Positions 22,610 to 30,872 of a stretch of 33,075 nucleotides of DNA are shown in pieces. The notes beneath the pieces were generated by a model, which did no database searches, was not told the DNA's origin, and saw only the letters and a program-made list of their open reading frames with translations. Positions within the stretch are counted from its first letter, which is position 1; each line of letters opens with the position of its first letter. The stretch lies in contig JAQTTB010000003.1 in NCBI GenBank assembly GCA_028710985.1, positions 1 through 33,075 on the forward strand, written 5' to 3'. The position numbers were made by a program, and so were the translations under genes. The stretch comes from Patescibacteria group bacterium. Lineage in GTDB: Bacteria; Patescibacteriota; Patescibacteriia; JAHJFT01.

Positions 22610-24661
22610 CTATGACGTGGCGACGTCATATCCGATACTGACGATATCTTCCGCAGAGGCCGTAAAGACGGGTTGGAAATCAAGGCGGTGATAGGCGATG
22701 ATATCGTAGACATCGTTAATCGCATCGCGGATGATTTCCATTGTCAGGTCTTTCCAGATACCGTACATGAAGGCCGAACGGTTGACGCAAAGCACGATAC
22801 TCTTGGTCATAGTAGTGCCGTCGTAGATACCTGCGGCATTGTAGGTATCGAGGACGAATTCGCTTTGCAGGATAGAGGCCCCCATATATTTGGCCAGTTC
22901 ACCCGTTACAACCACAGCCGACGGGCCGTACTTATCAATGGTCATAACGTTTTTCATTTGCGTCGGGTCGAGGAAGCGCAGAAGGTAGGTCGTCAGGCTG
23001 GTCAGCCAGAACCAATCCTGCGGGGCGGCGGCATATTTGCCGCACTTGGCCCGGAGCGCATTCAGGTTGGTAGGGCTGAACGTGGACAGGTCAACCTTGT
23101 TTGCCGCCTGGCATAATTGACGATATCCATTCCAACAATACCGGGCATCGGTCGCACCGGGAATATCGCCGGTGTCATAACTCGTCCCGGCGGCATCGTC
23201 CCCGGAAATAGTTGCTTTATCCACGGCGCGGGCAATCGAACGGGAGACCTTCATCGAGATATAATCGAACATCGAAACGATAAGGTCTTCATCAGCCTCA
23301 CCCGAAAACTGCGTCCGGCCCCGCAATTTCTCGGCAGTGAAGGTCACGTTGGCCGAACCGGGGGTTTGCTCCGTGCTATTGAACGCACTGATAACCGCCG
23401 TAGTCTGGGCCGCACGAGTGGCCAGAGTATCGGCCCCTTCGACCGGCAGAACCTGGCTGGCTTCGGTCATCGGGAACGACGGGTGCATAGCCGCCACAAC
23501 AAGATTCTGGCGCACCATGTTAATCAGACGCGAGGAATACCCAACGGGCAGATATTGCGAGCCTTCGTTGGAGGTCGCGGTATCCATTGCCTTCGCCATG
23601 ACCTCGAATTCCTTGAAGGACTGGAGGGTTTGTAGACGTTTCTCGCGGGGCAGGCTGGCATAAGAGGCGTCGCCCGACTTGATTTTCATGGCATCGACAA
23701 GCAGGAGCATATCGTTCATCCGACGAAGTTCATCGACGTTCTGGAACTTCTCCTGCGTGAAGACGCGCTTCAACCGGGTATCGTCCATGACCATCAACTG
23801 CTTGATGTCATAGGGCGACTGATTCAGGTTGCCGTAGAGGATTTTGGACGATTGGTTGGCCTTGATAGCCTCGTTCAACTGCTGAACGGCGTTGGTAAAA
23901 TCCTTGAAGATTTTATCGACGAATTCCTTTTTCTCGGACTCGGTTCGATCCAGCCGGTCGGTCAGTTGCTTTTGAAGCCCGGCGACTGTCGCCACTTCAT
24001 TTTTGACTTCTTTGACCGTCACCTCGATGGGAGTAAGGGCGGCATTAATTTCTTTTTTGATGGCATCAGGTTCCATCTCATGGTCTCCTTTTGGATATGC
24101 CGCCCCGCCCGGCGACGGATTATTTTTGAATGATTTCAATTCCAGATTTTTGGCTTTTGCGATTTGGAATATCGCTTCCTCGTTCATGCCCAGATTGACG
24201 ACGGAAACCTCGATGAGCATTTTCAATTTAGTGACAAGGCGCCCGCCGTTATCCAACGGTTGCGTCGTTTCGGGAATGAAGGCGAAGGAAAACGAATTCA
24301 ATACCGCATTCTTTACCAGCGTGATGATATCCTGGCCACGGTCTTTCGTCGGAAGAATTTGCACCTTACCCCAGAGGCCCTTATCGGGAATGATATCCAG
24401 TGCGAGCGTTTTCCCGATGGGCAGGTCGCTGATATTGTGCATAAACAGCAATATCGGCTTCTGGAGATACTTTTGTATAACGGGAGCGAAGGCATCGGGT
24501 TCGATTACGTCGCCGATATAGTCGGGACTCTTGGTCGATACCCAACCCTCGATTATGAGGGAACCGTCGGGCTGATCGGCCAGTTTGAATTCCGAGCCGG
24601 CCACGGGCCAGGACTTAATGCACGCCTGCCACTCCGCCTTTATGTCTTTCGGAATATCCAA
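22610..24661 (-). CDS. prohead serine protease fused to HK97-fold major capsid protein
   Basis: The N-terminal 170 aa or so carry HK97-protease-like motifs: LLFMHNISDLPIGK (His) and NSFSFAFIP (Ser). A coiled-coil, scaffold-like linker follows, then a capsid-like C-terminal half (GSQYLPVGYSSRLINMVRQNLVVAAMH...). TTG start with GAGGAAG 8 nt upstream. Confidence 0.75.
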   Translation of the reverse strand: MDIPKDIKAEWQACIKSWPVAGSEFKLADQPDGSLIIEGWVSTKSPDYIGDVIEPDAFAPVIQKYLQKPILLFMHNISDLPIGKTLALDIIPDKGLWGKVQILPTKDRGQDIITLVKNAVLNSFSFAFIPETTQPLDNGGRLVTKLKMLIEVSVVNLGMNEEAIFQIAKAKNLELKSFKNNPSPGGAAYPKGDHEMEPDAIKKEINAALTPIEVTVKEVKNEVATVAGLQKQLTDRLDRTESEKKEFVDKIFKDFTNAVQQLNEAIKANQSSKILYGNLNQSPYDIKQLMVMDDTRLKRVFTQEKFQNVDELRRMNDMLLLVDAMKIKSGDASYASLPREKRLQTLQSFKEFEVMAKAMDTATSNEGSQYLPVGYSSRLINMVRQNLVVAAMHPSFPMTEASQVLPVEGADTLATRAAQTTAVISAFNSTEQTPGSANVTFTAEKLRGRTQFSGEADEDLIVSMFDYISMKVSRSIARAVDKATISGDDAAGTSYDTGDIPGATDARYCWNGYRQLCQAANKVDLSTFSPTNLNALRAKCGKYAAAPQDWFWLTSLTTYLLRFLDPTQMKNVMTIDKYGPSAVVVTGELAKYMGASILQSEFVLDTYNAAGIYDGTTMTKSIVLCVNRSAFMYGIWKDLTMEIIRDAINDVYDIIAYHRLDFQPVFTASAEDIVSIGYDVATS

Positions 24662-24693
24662 TTCTAATTCTTCCTCGCCCCGGAATAATCGCT

Positions 24694-25263
24694 TTACCTC
24701 GCGTTCAAAACCACGGCGTTGGTGTAATATATTTTCCCGGCATTACGCGCCACGGTATAATCCGAATCGTTCATGATCATCAAGAGCCGCCCATAAATGA
24801 CATCACCCAACACGCTGTCATCGGGGAAGTCGAAATATCGCGTCTGAATCTTGGCGACGCCCACGCCCGGATTGGCGAAGGTCAAAGTGCATATCAGTTT
24901 TTCATAATTGCGATAGGGATTATTCCAGGCCGTATAAATATACCAGACCACCGAATCTTTCGAGGTGTCGGCGTAATCATTGGCCGCCGACCCGGTATCG
25001 AGTTTGCTGATATAGCAACTGAATATTCCCTCGACATCGGTAGCCCCGAATAAGTCGTTAAAGTAAAATAACGGTGCTAATCCGGTGCCGACCAGTGAAT
25101 CGGTCTGGGTCGTTCGGGCCGCCGTGGTATCGACGGCTTTGCTCGACACGTAACTATTGGAATAGCGCGAGCCGTCACCCGTGATTCCCTTATCACTGGC
25201 CGTCAGGGATACCAAGAGGGCGATGAAGGCCACCAGCGCAATTACGGACAATCGTTTCAACAT
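24694..25263 (-). CDS. N-terminally membrane-anchored or secreted protein of unknown function
   Basis: ATG at 25263 with GAAGGAG 9 nt upstream. N-terminus is MLKRLSVIALVAFIALLVSLTASD, followed by a beta-rich domain. Confidence 0.6.
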   Translation of the reverse strand: MLKRLSVIALVAFIALLVSLTASDKGITGDGSRYSNSYVSSKAVDTTAARTTQTDSLVGTGLAPLFYFNDLFGATDVEGIFSCYISKLDTGSAANDYADTSKDSVVWYIYTAWNNPYRNYEKLICTLTFANPGVGVAKIQTRYFDFPDDSVLGDVIYGRLLMIMNDSDYTVARNAGKIYYTNAVVLNAR

Positions 25264-25290
25264 TACAAAATACTCCTTCGCCCCGGATGG

Positions 25291-27447
25291 TTATTTTATC
25301 ACCGGCATAACAGTGCATCTGCAATTTATGGTTTCTTCGGGCGGCCCGGCAGGATCACCGGGATAACGCAGGGCCACACCGCCGATATCGAAATTATTAT
25401 TTATCCCGACCTTCTGGCCATCAGCCGCCATGTGGCTTTCGCGCGTATCCCCGTCGATAGTCGCCAGCCATTCTTTTTCTTCAATGCCCGCCTGACCGTA
25501 ACCCATAACGGTGCCGCCATTGACCGCCGAGGCCATTTCCGTCCGGGCAATAGTCATGGCGCGCGCCTGCGTGACGGTATCGCCCTTTATCCATCGGGCA
25601 TAGGTGTCCCGGATATTCTTTTCCAATTCCTTCGCCGACCAGCCTTGTTCATACGCTTCCTGCAATAATTGTTTTATTTTTTCGTAAGATTTATCGTTAA
25701 TCGTTTCGATGCGATTCATCAGTAATTCGATACTCTGCCGTACGTTGGGATTGTTAATATTGAAATTGAGGCCAAACCCCAATTCGTCCATTGCCGCCTG
25801 CCCCGACTCATAAACCGTTTTGCGAACGTACTGTCCGCCGTCGGTGCGTAAGATTTGGTTCTCGGTGCCCCGATTGAATATTTTCGACGATTCGTTTTCG
25901 GCATCATCCTGCTTGCCCGCCTTGAATTCGCAGTCTATTTGAAACAGCCAGGAATTCAGAAATATTCCGTTTTGCGTAATGCTGTTCAGGGCGGTGATTA
26001 CGCGATCACGCTGTTTCGTGAAATAGGCGGCCATGACTTTGGCGAAGGCGCGCTCTTCACGCCGCACGCGCTTATCGAACCGTTGCCATTTTTTATAGCG
26101 GGGGGACGTGCGGTTTCTTTCCGCCTTATTTTGACCTTCCGGGGCGGGAAAGGTCTTTTCATCATCCCCCCTCGGTTCGTTGTCCAAATCCTCGTCATCG
26201 GTATTATCACTGAAACCGGACGGTGCAATCGACCGCAATTCATCGGCGGCGGGATTGTTATCCGCCGGGGCCAGGCCGACTTCCTTACGCGCTTCATTAG
26301 GTGTCATCACCCCGGCAGTTACCAGCGTGCCCAGATAAGTCGCCAGTTGCACCCGGTCATCCTGCAGGGCCTTGACGCCGGTATAATTAAACTTGAGGGA
26401 GTGTTCTTCGTCGAAGTGGCGCCATATCAGTTGCGTGTTATAGGCTTCTTCGATAATCCCGCAAATGGGAATCAGAGTATTTTCCCACCACGACCGCTTT
26501 TGAATCATGGCGTTGGCGTAAGATGCGAATTCGAGAACCCCGGCCTCGGACGGCGGGACGCCGAAGTATCCCAAGATTTGCTCACGATTAAGTTTCAGGC
26601 CCTCGATATACATCATGTCGCGGAAGGACTGCACTATCGGCACCGGCTCCACGCCCGGCGGTAGAACGCCTGCCCGATGTTGCCGCTTCGACCCCCTATG
26701 TCTTTCTTCGAGGGATTTCAGAAATCGCTTTTCGTCTTCTTCGGTCGGGAAGGTATTGGAATTCTTGAAGAATATTTCCGGCACGGCATGATTCTCGAAC
26801 CATTGTTTATTATAATCAATCGCATACTGGTCGGTGCGGATTATCTCCTGCGCGGGCCGTAAAGGATTAACCCCCTTGAAGGGGTCGCTCATGTGATAAT
26901 TGCGGGCATGGACTATAGCCTCGAAGGGATAGAATATTTTCCGTTGCATCGGATCGAACACATACCCCGTCGCCTTGCCGCTCACTTTGTCGCGCAGAAC
27001 ATCCATCATCCAGGGTAATTGCGGCCAGAGTTCGAAGGCATTGCCATCCGTCGAGAATTTATCGAGAATCAGATAAGCGTTGCCGGTCAGGAGTAACGAT
27101 TGCACCATGTGGACGATAATTTCTCTTTGCGAATGAAAGGTATTCGGCTTATTGATTATGGCGTTGGCCGGATGCCCTTCGTCGTCCTCGAATACCTCTT
27201 TGCCTTCGGCAACAGTCTTAACCTTAACCGACAATGGCAGGCCGCCGATGCAGTTCAGGATAAGGCGCATGGCGATAGCGACGTTGATATCAATGCGGTC
27301 GGCCTGATTGATATCGAATACCTCGCCCGTGAATATGACGGGACGACCGCCGACATAGACGATGGTTTGATGCACCTCGCCATCGTTTGCCTTGTGCCCC
27401 GCCAACCGTTGCATTATGCGATTAATGATATTCATATTCACGCCCAT
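25291..27447 (-). CDS. portal protein fused to a Mu-F / SPP1 gp7-like head-morphogenesis domain
   Basis: The N-terminal 400 aa or so are portal-like. The C-terminal segment ARTEMASAVNGG...DGDTRESHMAADGQ...PGDPAGPPEETINCRCTVMPV matches the Phage_Mu_F signature. The start is 27447 or 27435. Confidence 0.75.
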   Translation of the reverse strand: MGVNMNIINRIMQRLAGHKANDGEVHQTIVYVGGRPVIFTGEVFDINQADRIDINVAIAMRLILNCIGGLPLSVKVKTVAEGKEVFEDDEGHPANAIINKPNTFHSQREIIVHMVQSLLLTGNAYLILDKFSTDGNAFELWPQLPWMMDVLRDKVSGKATGYVFDPMQRKIFYPFEAIVHARNYHMSDPFKGVNPLRPAQEIIRTDQYAIDYNKQWFENHAVPEIFFKNSNTFPTEEDEKRFLKSLEERHRGSKRQHRAGVLPPGVEPVPIVQSFRDMMYIEGLKLNREQILGYFGVPPSEAGVLEFASYANAMIQKRSWWENTLIPICGIIEEAYNTQLIWRHFDEEHSLKFNYTGVKALQDDRVQLATYLGTLVTAGVMTPNEARKEVGLAPADNNPAADELRSIAPSGFSDNTDDEDLDNEPRGDDEKTFPAPEGQNKAERNRTSPRYKKWQRFDKRVRREERAFAKVMAAYFTKQRDRVITALNSITQNGIFLNSWLFQIDCEFKAGKQDDAENESSKIFNRGTENQILRTDGGQYVRKTVYESGQAAMDELGFGLNFNINNPNVRQSIELLMNRIETINDKSYEKIKQLLQEAYEQGWSAKELEKNIRDTYARWIKGDTVTQARAMTIARTEMASAVNGGTVMGYGQAGIEEKEWLATIDGDTRESHMAADGQKVGINNNFDIGGVALRYPGDPAGPPEETINCRCTVMPVIK

Positions 27448-29096
27448 TTTACTTCGTAAGCAGACCGGCCCCAGCCCGCTATCTTGGCCGCCATGTGAAC
27501 ATAGTTTTCCGCGTGGAAGAAGTGGTCGGGCTGTCCGCCCTCTGTCCAGACGAACACCGGCACCGGCTTACGCTTCATATCCAGTACCCGGGTGGAGGCC
27601 ATCATGTGCCGGGCGAAATCACCGTTACCAAGCGAGCGGACATTCTTCGGATACATGACCCGCTGGGACAGGATGCCCGCCACCATATCATCAAGCGATT
27701 CGGTGCGATTGGCTTTCAGAATATGGTCGTCCCGGTTGATGATATCGCCGCCCGTCCTGCCTTCTTTGGTATATTCGCAGACAAAGAAGCGTCCGTGCTT
27801 CTTGGCGTATTCCCGCGCCTTGTGAATTTCAGGCAGAGCATCAATGACCCCGACGCAAGAATTGAACCGCTGTCTCACTCGTTCAAGTTCTTCCCAATCG
27901 GGCACGATGCCCCGGAATAACGCCCGTCTGCGATTCTCGACAAAATCATCAATGGCTACGTGCAAGACGGCCCCCACGTCCACGCCCATAACCGACCATG
28001 AGGCTGTCGGCCCCATGAGATAATCGCCTTTGCACTTATCCAAGTCGGTAAAGGTCAGTTGATCGCCCTCGCCGGTGTAGGGCAGACCCAACTCGGAATT
28101 GTAAAAGAGTTGCTTCTTGGTCTGATTGATCAAGGCTTCCTGAAACCGCCGCCAGAGTTCGTCGGTCGTAATCTGATTCGTGAACAGTTTGCTGATATGA
28201 TAGCCCGATGTTTGACAGCCGGATTGTTCGGCCACCCATTGCCCGACGCTATGGCGGTCGAGAGGCTTATTACACCGGCGGCAATGGGGAGGGAATCCAT
28301 CACCGCCGGGCACCGCAAACAGCACAGACTCAAGGGAAGACAGAGAAGAAAAGCCTACCGGAAGGTAGGAGTTATCGTCGGTCTTATGCACGAAATTGAC
28401 GAACCAGTCGAGTGGTTGCCATTCGTTGCAGGCCGGGCACTTGATATGCCATTCTTTTTTATCGGACTTTTCGTATTCGGCATGGATACCACAACCGGAT
28501 ACGGTCGGATTAGCAATCTTGAGGATAGTCGGATTCTTGGCCGAGGCCAGACGGTCATAGGCCATTGCCAGATTATCCTGATCGCATTCGTCGAATTCAT
28601 CGACGATCAAATCATCGGCGGGAAATTCCTTGAAACCCATCCGCACGTTGGAACCGACGAACTTGACCACGCCGTTGAAAATGAATTTCAGCCCGGTATT
28701 GTCGGTGCCGATGCACCCTGCCTTGTAAAAGGGCACGTCGGACAAGAGCCGGTCGATACGGTTATTGACGACATCGTTGCGGACTTCGAGGGTCGGCAGG
28801 ACGTATAAGACCGAGCGGCCCATACGTAGTTTCTGCATTAGTTTGACGATGGCATATTCCGTAACGCCGCACTGCACCGACTTGATAATGACCATAAGGG
28901 GGGAGTGGTCGCGGTAGATATCGAGCAACCACGGCTTGTCGCCGAGGGTCATATCCTCGCCGCGCGTCGAACGATGCTGAAACAGGGCAATCGCCAGTTC
29001 CGGTTCGAGGCGTTCAATTATCCCGGCTGATTCGACCAAATATCCGAGCAAGGTCGCCCGTTCGGGATTTGAGTTGTTCGTCTGTACGGTCGGCAA
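27438..29096 (-). CDS. terL: terminase large subunit (lambda GpA-like)
   Basis: Walker A-like KSVQCGVTE, Walker B LIVDEFDE, Zn-ribbon Cys pairs CPACN...CRRCN, and nuclease GVDVG. TTG at 29096 has GGAG 10 nt upstream, so the start is uncertain. Confidence 0.8.
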   Translation of the reverse strand: MPTVQTNNSNPERATLLGYLVESAGIIERLEPELAIALFQHRSTRGEDMTLGDKPWLLDIYRDHSPLMVIIKSVQCGVTEYAIVKLMQKLRMGRSVLYVLPTLEVRNDVVNNRIDRLLSDVPFYKAGCIGTDNTGLKFIFNGVVKFVGSNVRMGFKEFPADDLIVDEFDECDQDNLAMAYDRLASAKNPTILKIANPTVSGCGIHAEYEKSDKKEWHIKCPACNEWQPLDWFVNFVHKTDDNSYLPVGFSSLSSLESVLFAVPGGDGFPPHCRRCNKPLDRHSVGQWVAEQSGCQTSGYHISKLFTNQITTDELWRRFQEALINQTKKQLFYNSELGLPYTGEGDQLTFTDLDKCKGDYLMGPTASWSVMGVDVGAVLHVAIDDFVENRRRALFRGIVPDWEELERVRQRFNSCVGVIDALPEIHKAREYAKKHGRFFVCEYTKEGRTGGDIINRDDHILKANRTESLDDMVAGILSQRVMYPKNVRSLGNGDFARHMMASTRVLDMKRKPVPVFVWTEGGQPDHFFHAENYVHMAAKIAGWGRSAYEVKWA

Positions 29097-29511
29097 AATT
29101 ATTTATCTCCACTGACGTGATATAAGTATTTCCGGTCTTACTCAGGGCCGCGACGAGGCGGTCGCCGATGCTATTTGTCTCGGACTGCGCCGCCCGGAGT
29201 AACTGCGCCCGGATATATGCTTTTTTATTTTTGCGATAGAGATTCTGGATTTCGTTAATCCGCCAGCCCTTCTGGGCTATTGGGGTATTTTCGAGAATAT
29301 CGGAATTAATTTTGACTACTTCGTCGAGGATGGCTTTGCGGTATTCGCGTTTGTAATATGCGATGTTTGGAATTTCGATTGAGAACCCGAATTTTTGATT
29401 GAACTCGCGGGCGATAGCCTTTAACTCTATCGGCTCGAAGACGGCTTCAGCAAGACGCCGAACGATCCACTGCTTGTGCAGTTCGTCTAATTTATTTTTT
29501 ATTGCGCCCAG
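29014..29511 (-). CDS. small-terminase-like ORF with no canonical start codon
   Basis: Not on the ORF track. A 165-codon stop-free frame runs from TAA at 29514..29512 to TGA at 29016..29014. Translation begins (L)GAIKNKLDELHKQWIVRRLAEAVFEPIELKAIAREFNQKFGFSIEIPNIAYYKREY...TPIAQKGWRINEIQNLY...TDEQL. The position, the HTH-like N-terminus and the IAQKGWRI segment resemble small terminases. The first ATG/GTG/TTG in this frame is codon 134. Confidence 0.55.
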   Translation of the reverse strand: MGAIKNKLDELHKQWIVRRLAEAVFEPIELKAIAREFNQKFGFSIEIPNIAYYKREYRKAILDEVVKINSDILENTPIAQKGWRINEIQNLYRKNKKAYIRAQLLRAAQSETNSIGDRLVAALSKTGNTYITSVEINNFADRTDEQLKSRTGDLARIFGRISRDN

Positions 29512-29602
29512 TTAAATGTCAATAAGCCTAACGCGGCTATCTCCTTTCGCGGGTTAAGGGGTAATAAAGTTTTATGCAAAAAGCAAGAAGATTTTTTATT
29601 AC

Positions 29603-30091
29603 CTATCCCAAATTGCGCCCAATCAGGCTTATAACGACGATAGTGGCACCCCCGGCAATAGCCTTAAGTGTTTTTCTGATATTGGCTTGGAACAATGCCT
29701 TATCCCGATGGATATCTCGCGCCATATCCTGAATGACGGTAAGTTCGCAGTTGATTTTTTCTATCGCCTCCGCGCAAATATTCGCCTCGTGAAGCAAACT
29801 CCAGGGTATTACCGCCGGATTATCATCGGCGTGATTATCGAGGAATTTTTGATAGTTCATCAGAAACATTTTTTCGTAATGGGAATCGACTGACACCATC
29901 TGTCGCTGAATTTCTTCAGGCAGTATACACAGTGCATTGAGCAGGGATCGCGCTTTCATGAGGTCGTTGTATTCCCTGGTAGTGCGATACGCTTTACGGT
30001 CGTCAGTGGATAATAATTTATCCGTTTTCCATATTGCACTATCAATAGCGCAGAGCATCGGGTCGGCCACCTCTCTAATTTCCTTTATCAT
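29603..30091 (-). CDS. hypothetical protein with a C-terminal hydrophobic helix
   Basis: ATG at 30091 with AAAGGAG 7 nt upstream. The C-terminus is AIAGGATIVVISLIG. Confidence 0.6.
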   Translation of the reverse strand: MIKEIREVADPMLCAIDSAIWKTDKLLSTDDRKAYRTTREYNDLMKARSLLNALCILPEEIQRQMVSVDSHYEKMFLMNYQKFLDNHADDNPAVIPWSLLHEANICAEAIEKINCELTVIQDMARDIHRDKALFQANIRKTLKAIAGGATIVVISLIGRNLG

Positions 30092-30872
30092 TTTTCAACT
30101 CCTTTTCACATTCGTCGATAATCGGTTGCATGATACCGGCGGGATATCCGCATTCGATAAGCAGGGCTTCGATGGCTTTGGCCCAGGGTAATTTTTTCTC
30201 AAAATCGACTTTATAGCCGGGGCCGGTTTTATTAAAAATAATCTGGTGGGGATATCGGTCGGATATGATTTCGGCTTTTTTGAGGAGTTCGTCCGAGGGT
30301 TCGATTATTTGCACTTTTTTATTCCGGTCGATGAAAACGGATGGGATTCCAAACCGGGGTTTGGATTTCCCGTCCTGATCCGGTTCCTGATTCCTGATTC
30401 CTGAAGAAGCGTTAGCTAAATTCCCCCTTGGGGGGGTAGGGGGGGATATTCTCTTCTCTTCTCTTCTATACTCTGCTCTGTGTGACATTTTACTGACATA
30501 TTGGCGACCATTTTGGTATGTTATATCCTCCCTTATCCATTCAATTTCTGGATATCTATCCGTTATACCGCATACGATTATACGGCCATCATCGCTTATT
30601 TCTAACAAGCAATTTTGTCGCAATTTTGCCACGCTGTTTTGGCCAGACCTTGTATCTTGGCCGCTACGACGGGACAAATTTGCAACATTTTTGTGGTTGG
30701 GGAGCACTTCCCGCTTACATGCCAGGGCCGCTTGACAAGCATAAAAATAGAAGGATTTCACCGCCGCCTTTTCGTTACAAATCCGATCATCATTCCACCA
30801 AAAGTCTATTGTTTCAATCGTGAATTGCCCGGCCATTTTTCGCCGCCGCCGATATGAATTAGAGTCCGCCAT
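30075..30872 (-). CDS. replisome-organizer-like protein (tentative)
   Basis: The N-terminal segment FTIETIDFWWNDDRICNEKAAVKSFYFYACQAAL resembles phage replisome-organizer N-domains. The central linker is low-complexity. The start is 30872 or 30836, and both have weak SD sites. Confidence 0.5.
   Translation of the reverse strand: MADSNSYRRRRKMAGQFTIETIDFWWNDDRICNEKAAVKSFYFYACQAALACKREVLPNHKNVANLSRRSGQDTRSGQNSVAKLRQNCLLEISDDGRIIVCGITDRYPEIEWIREDITYQNGRQYVSKMSHRAEYRREEKRISPPTPPRGNLANASSGIRNQEPDQDGKSKPRFGIPSVFIDRNKKVQIIEPSDELLKKAEIISDRYPHQIIFNKTGPGYKVDFEKKLPWAKAIEALLIECGYPAGIMQPIIDECEKELKNDKGN
30384..30465. repeat. cluster of simple-sequence repeats inside the coding linker
   Basis: (TTCCTGA)x3 at 30384..30404, C5 at 30423..30427, G7-TA-G7 at 30430..30445, and (CTCTT)x3 at 30451..30465. 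Confidence 0.9.

Noticed and set aside
226-28808. Numerous plus-strand ORFs on the track, for example 226..741, 3698..4222, 18605..19108, 22072..22527, 23117..23635, 24003..24667, 25855..26664 and 28059..28808.
   Set aside because: All lie antisense to long minus-strand genes that have recognisable phage motifs, SD sites and stop/start coupling. Their translations are Arg/Gly/Pro-rich and low-complexity. They show no SD sites and no operon logic, so I treat them as shadow ORFs.
29499-29522. A -1 frameshift from the short TTG-initiated frame (TTG ACA TTT AAC TGG GCG CAA TAA) into the terS-like frame.
   Set aside because: The frames have the right -1 relationship, but there is no X_XXY_YYZ heptamer in that 7-codon frame. 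TTTAAC is one A short of UUUAAAC, and the TTG is 18 nt from the nearest SD. It is kept only as a remote possibility under the terS finding.
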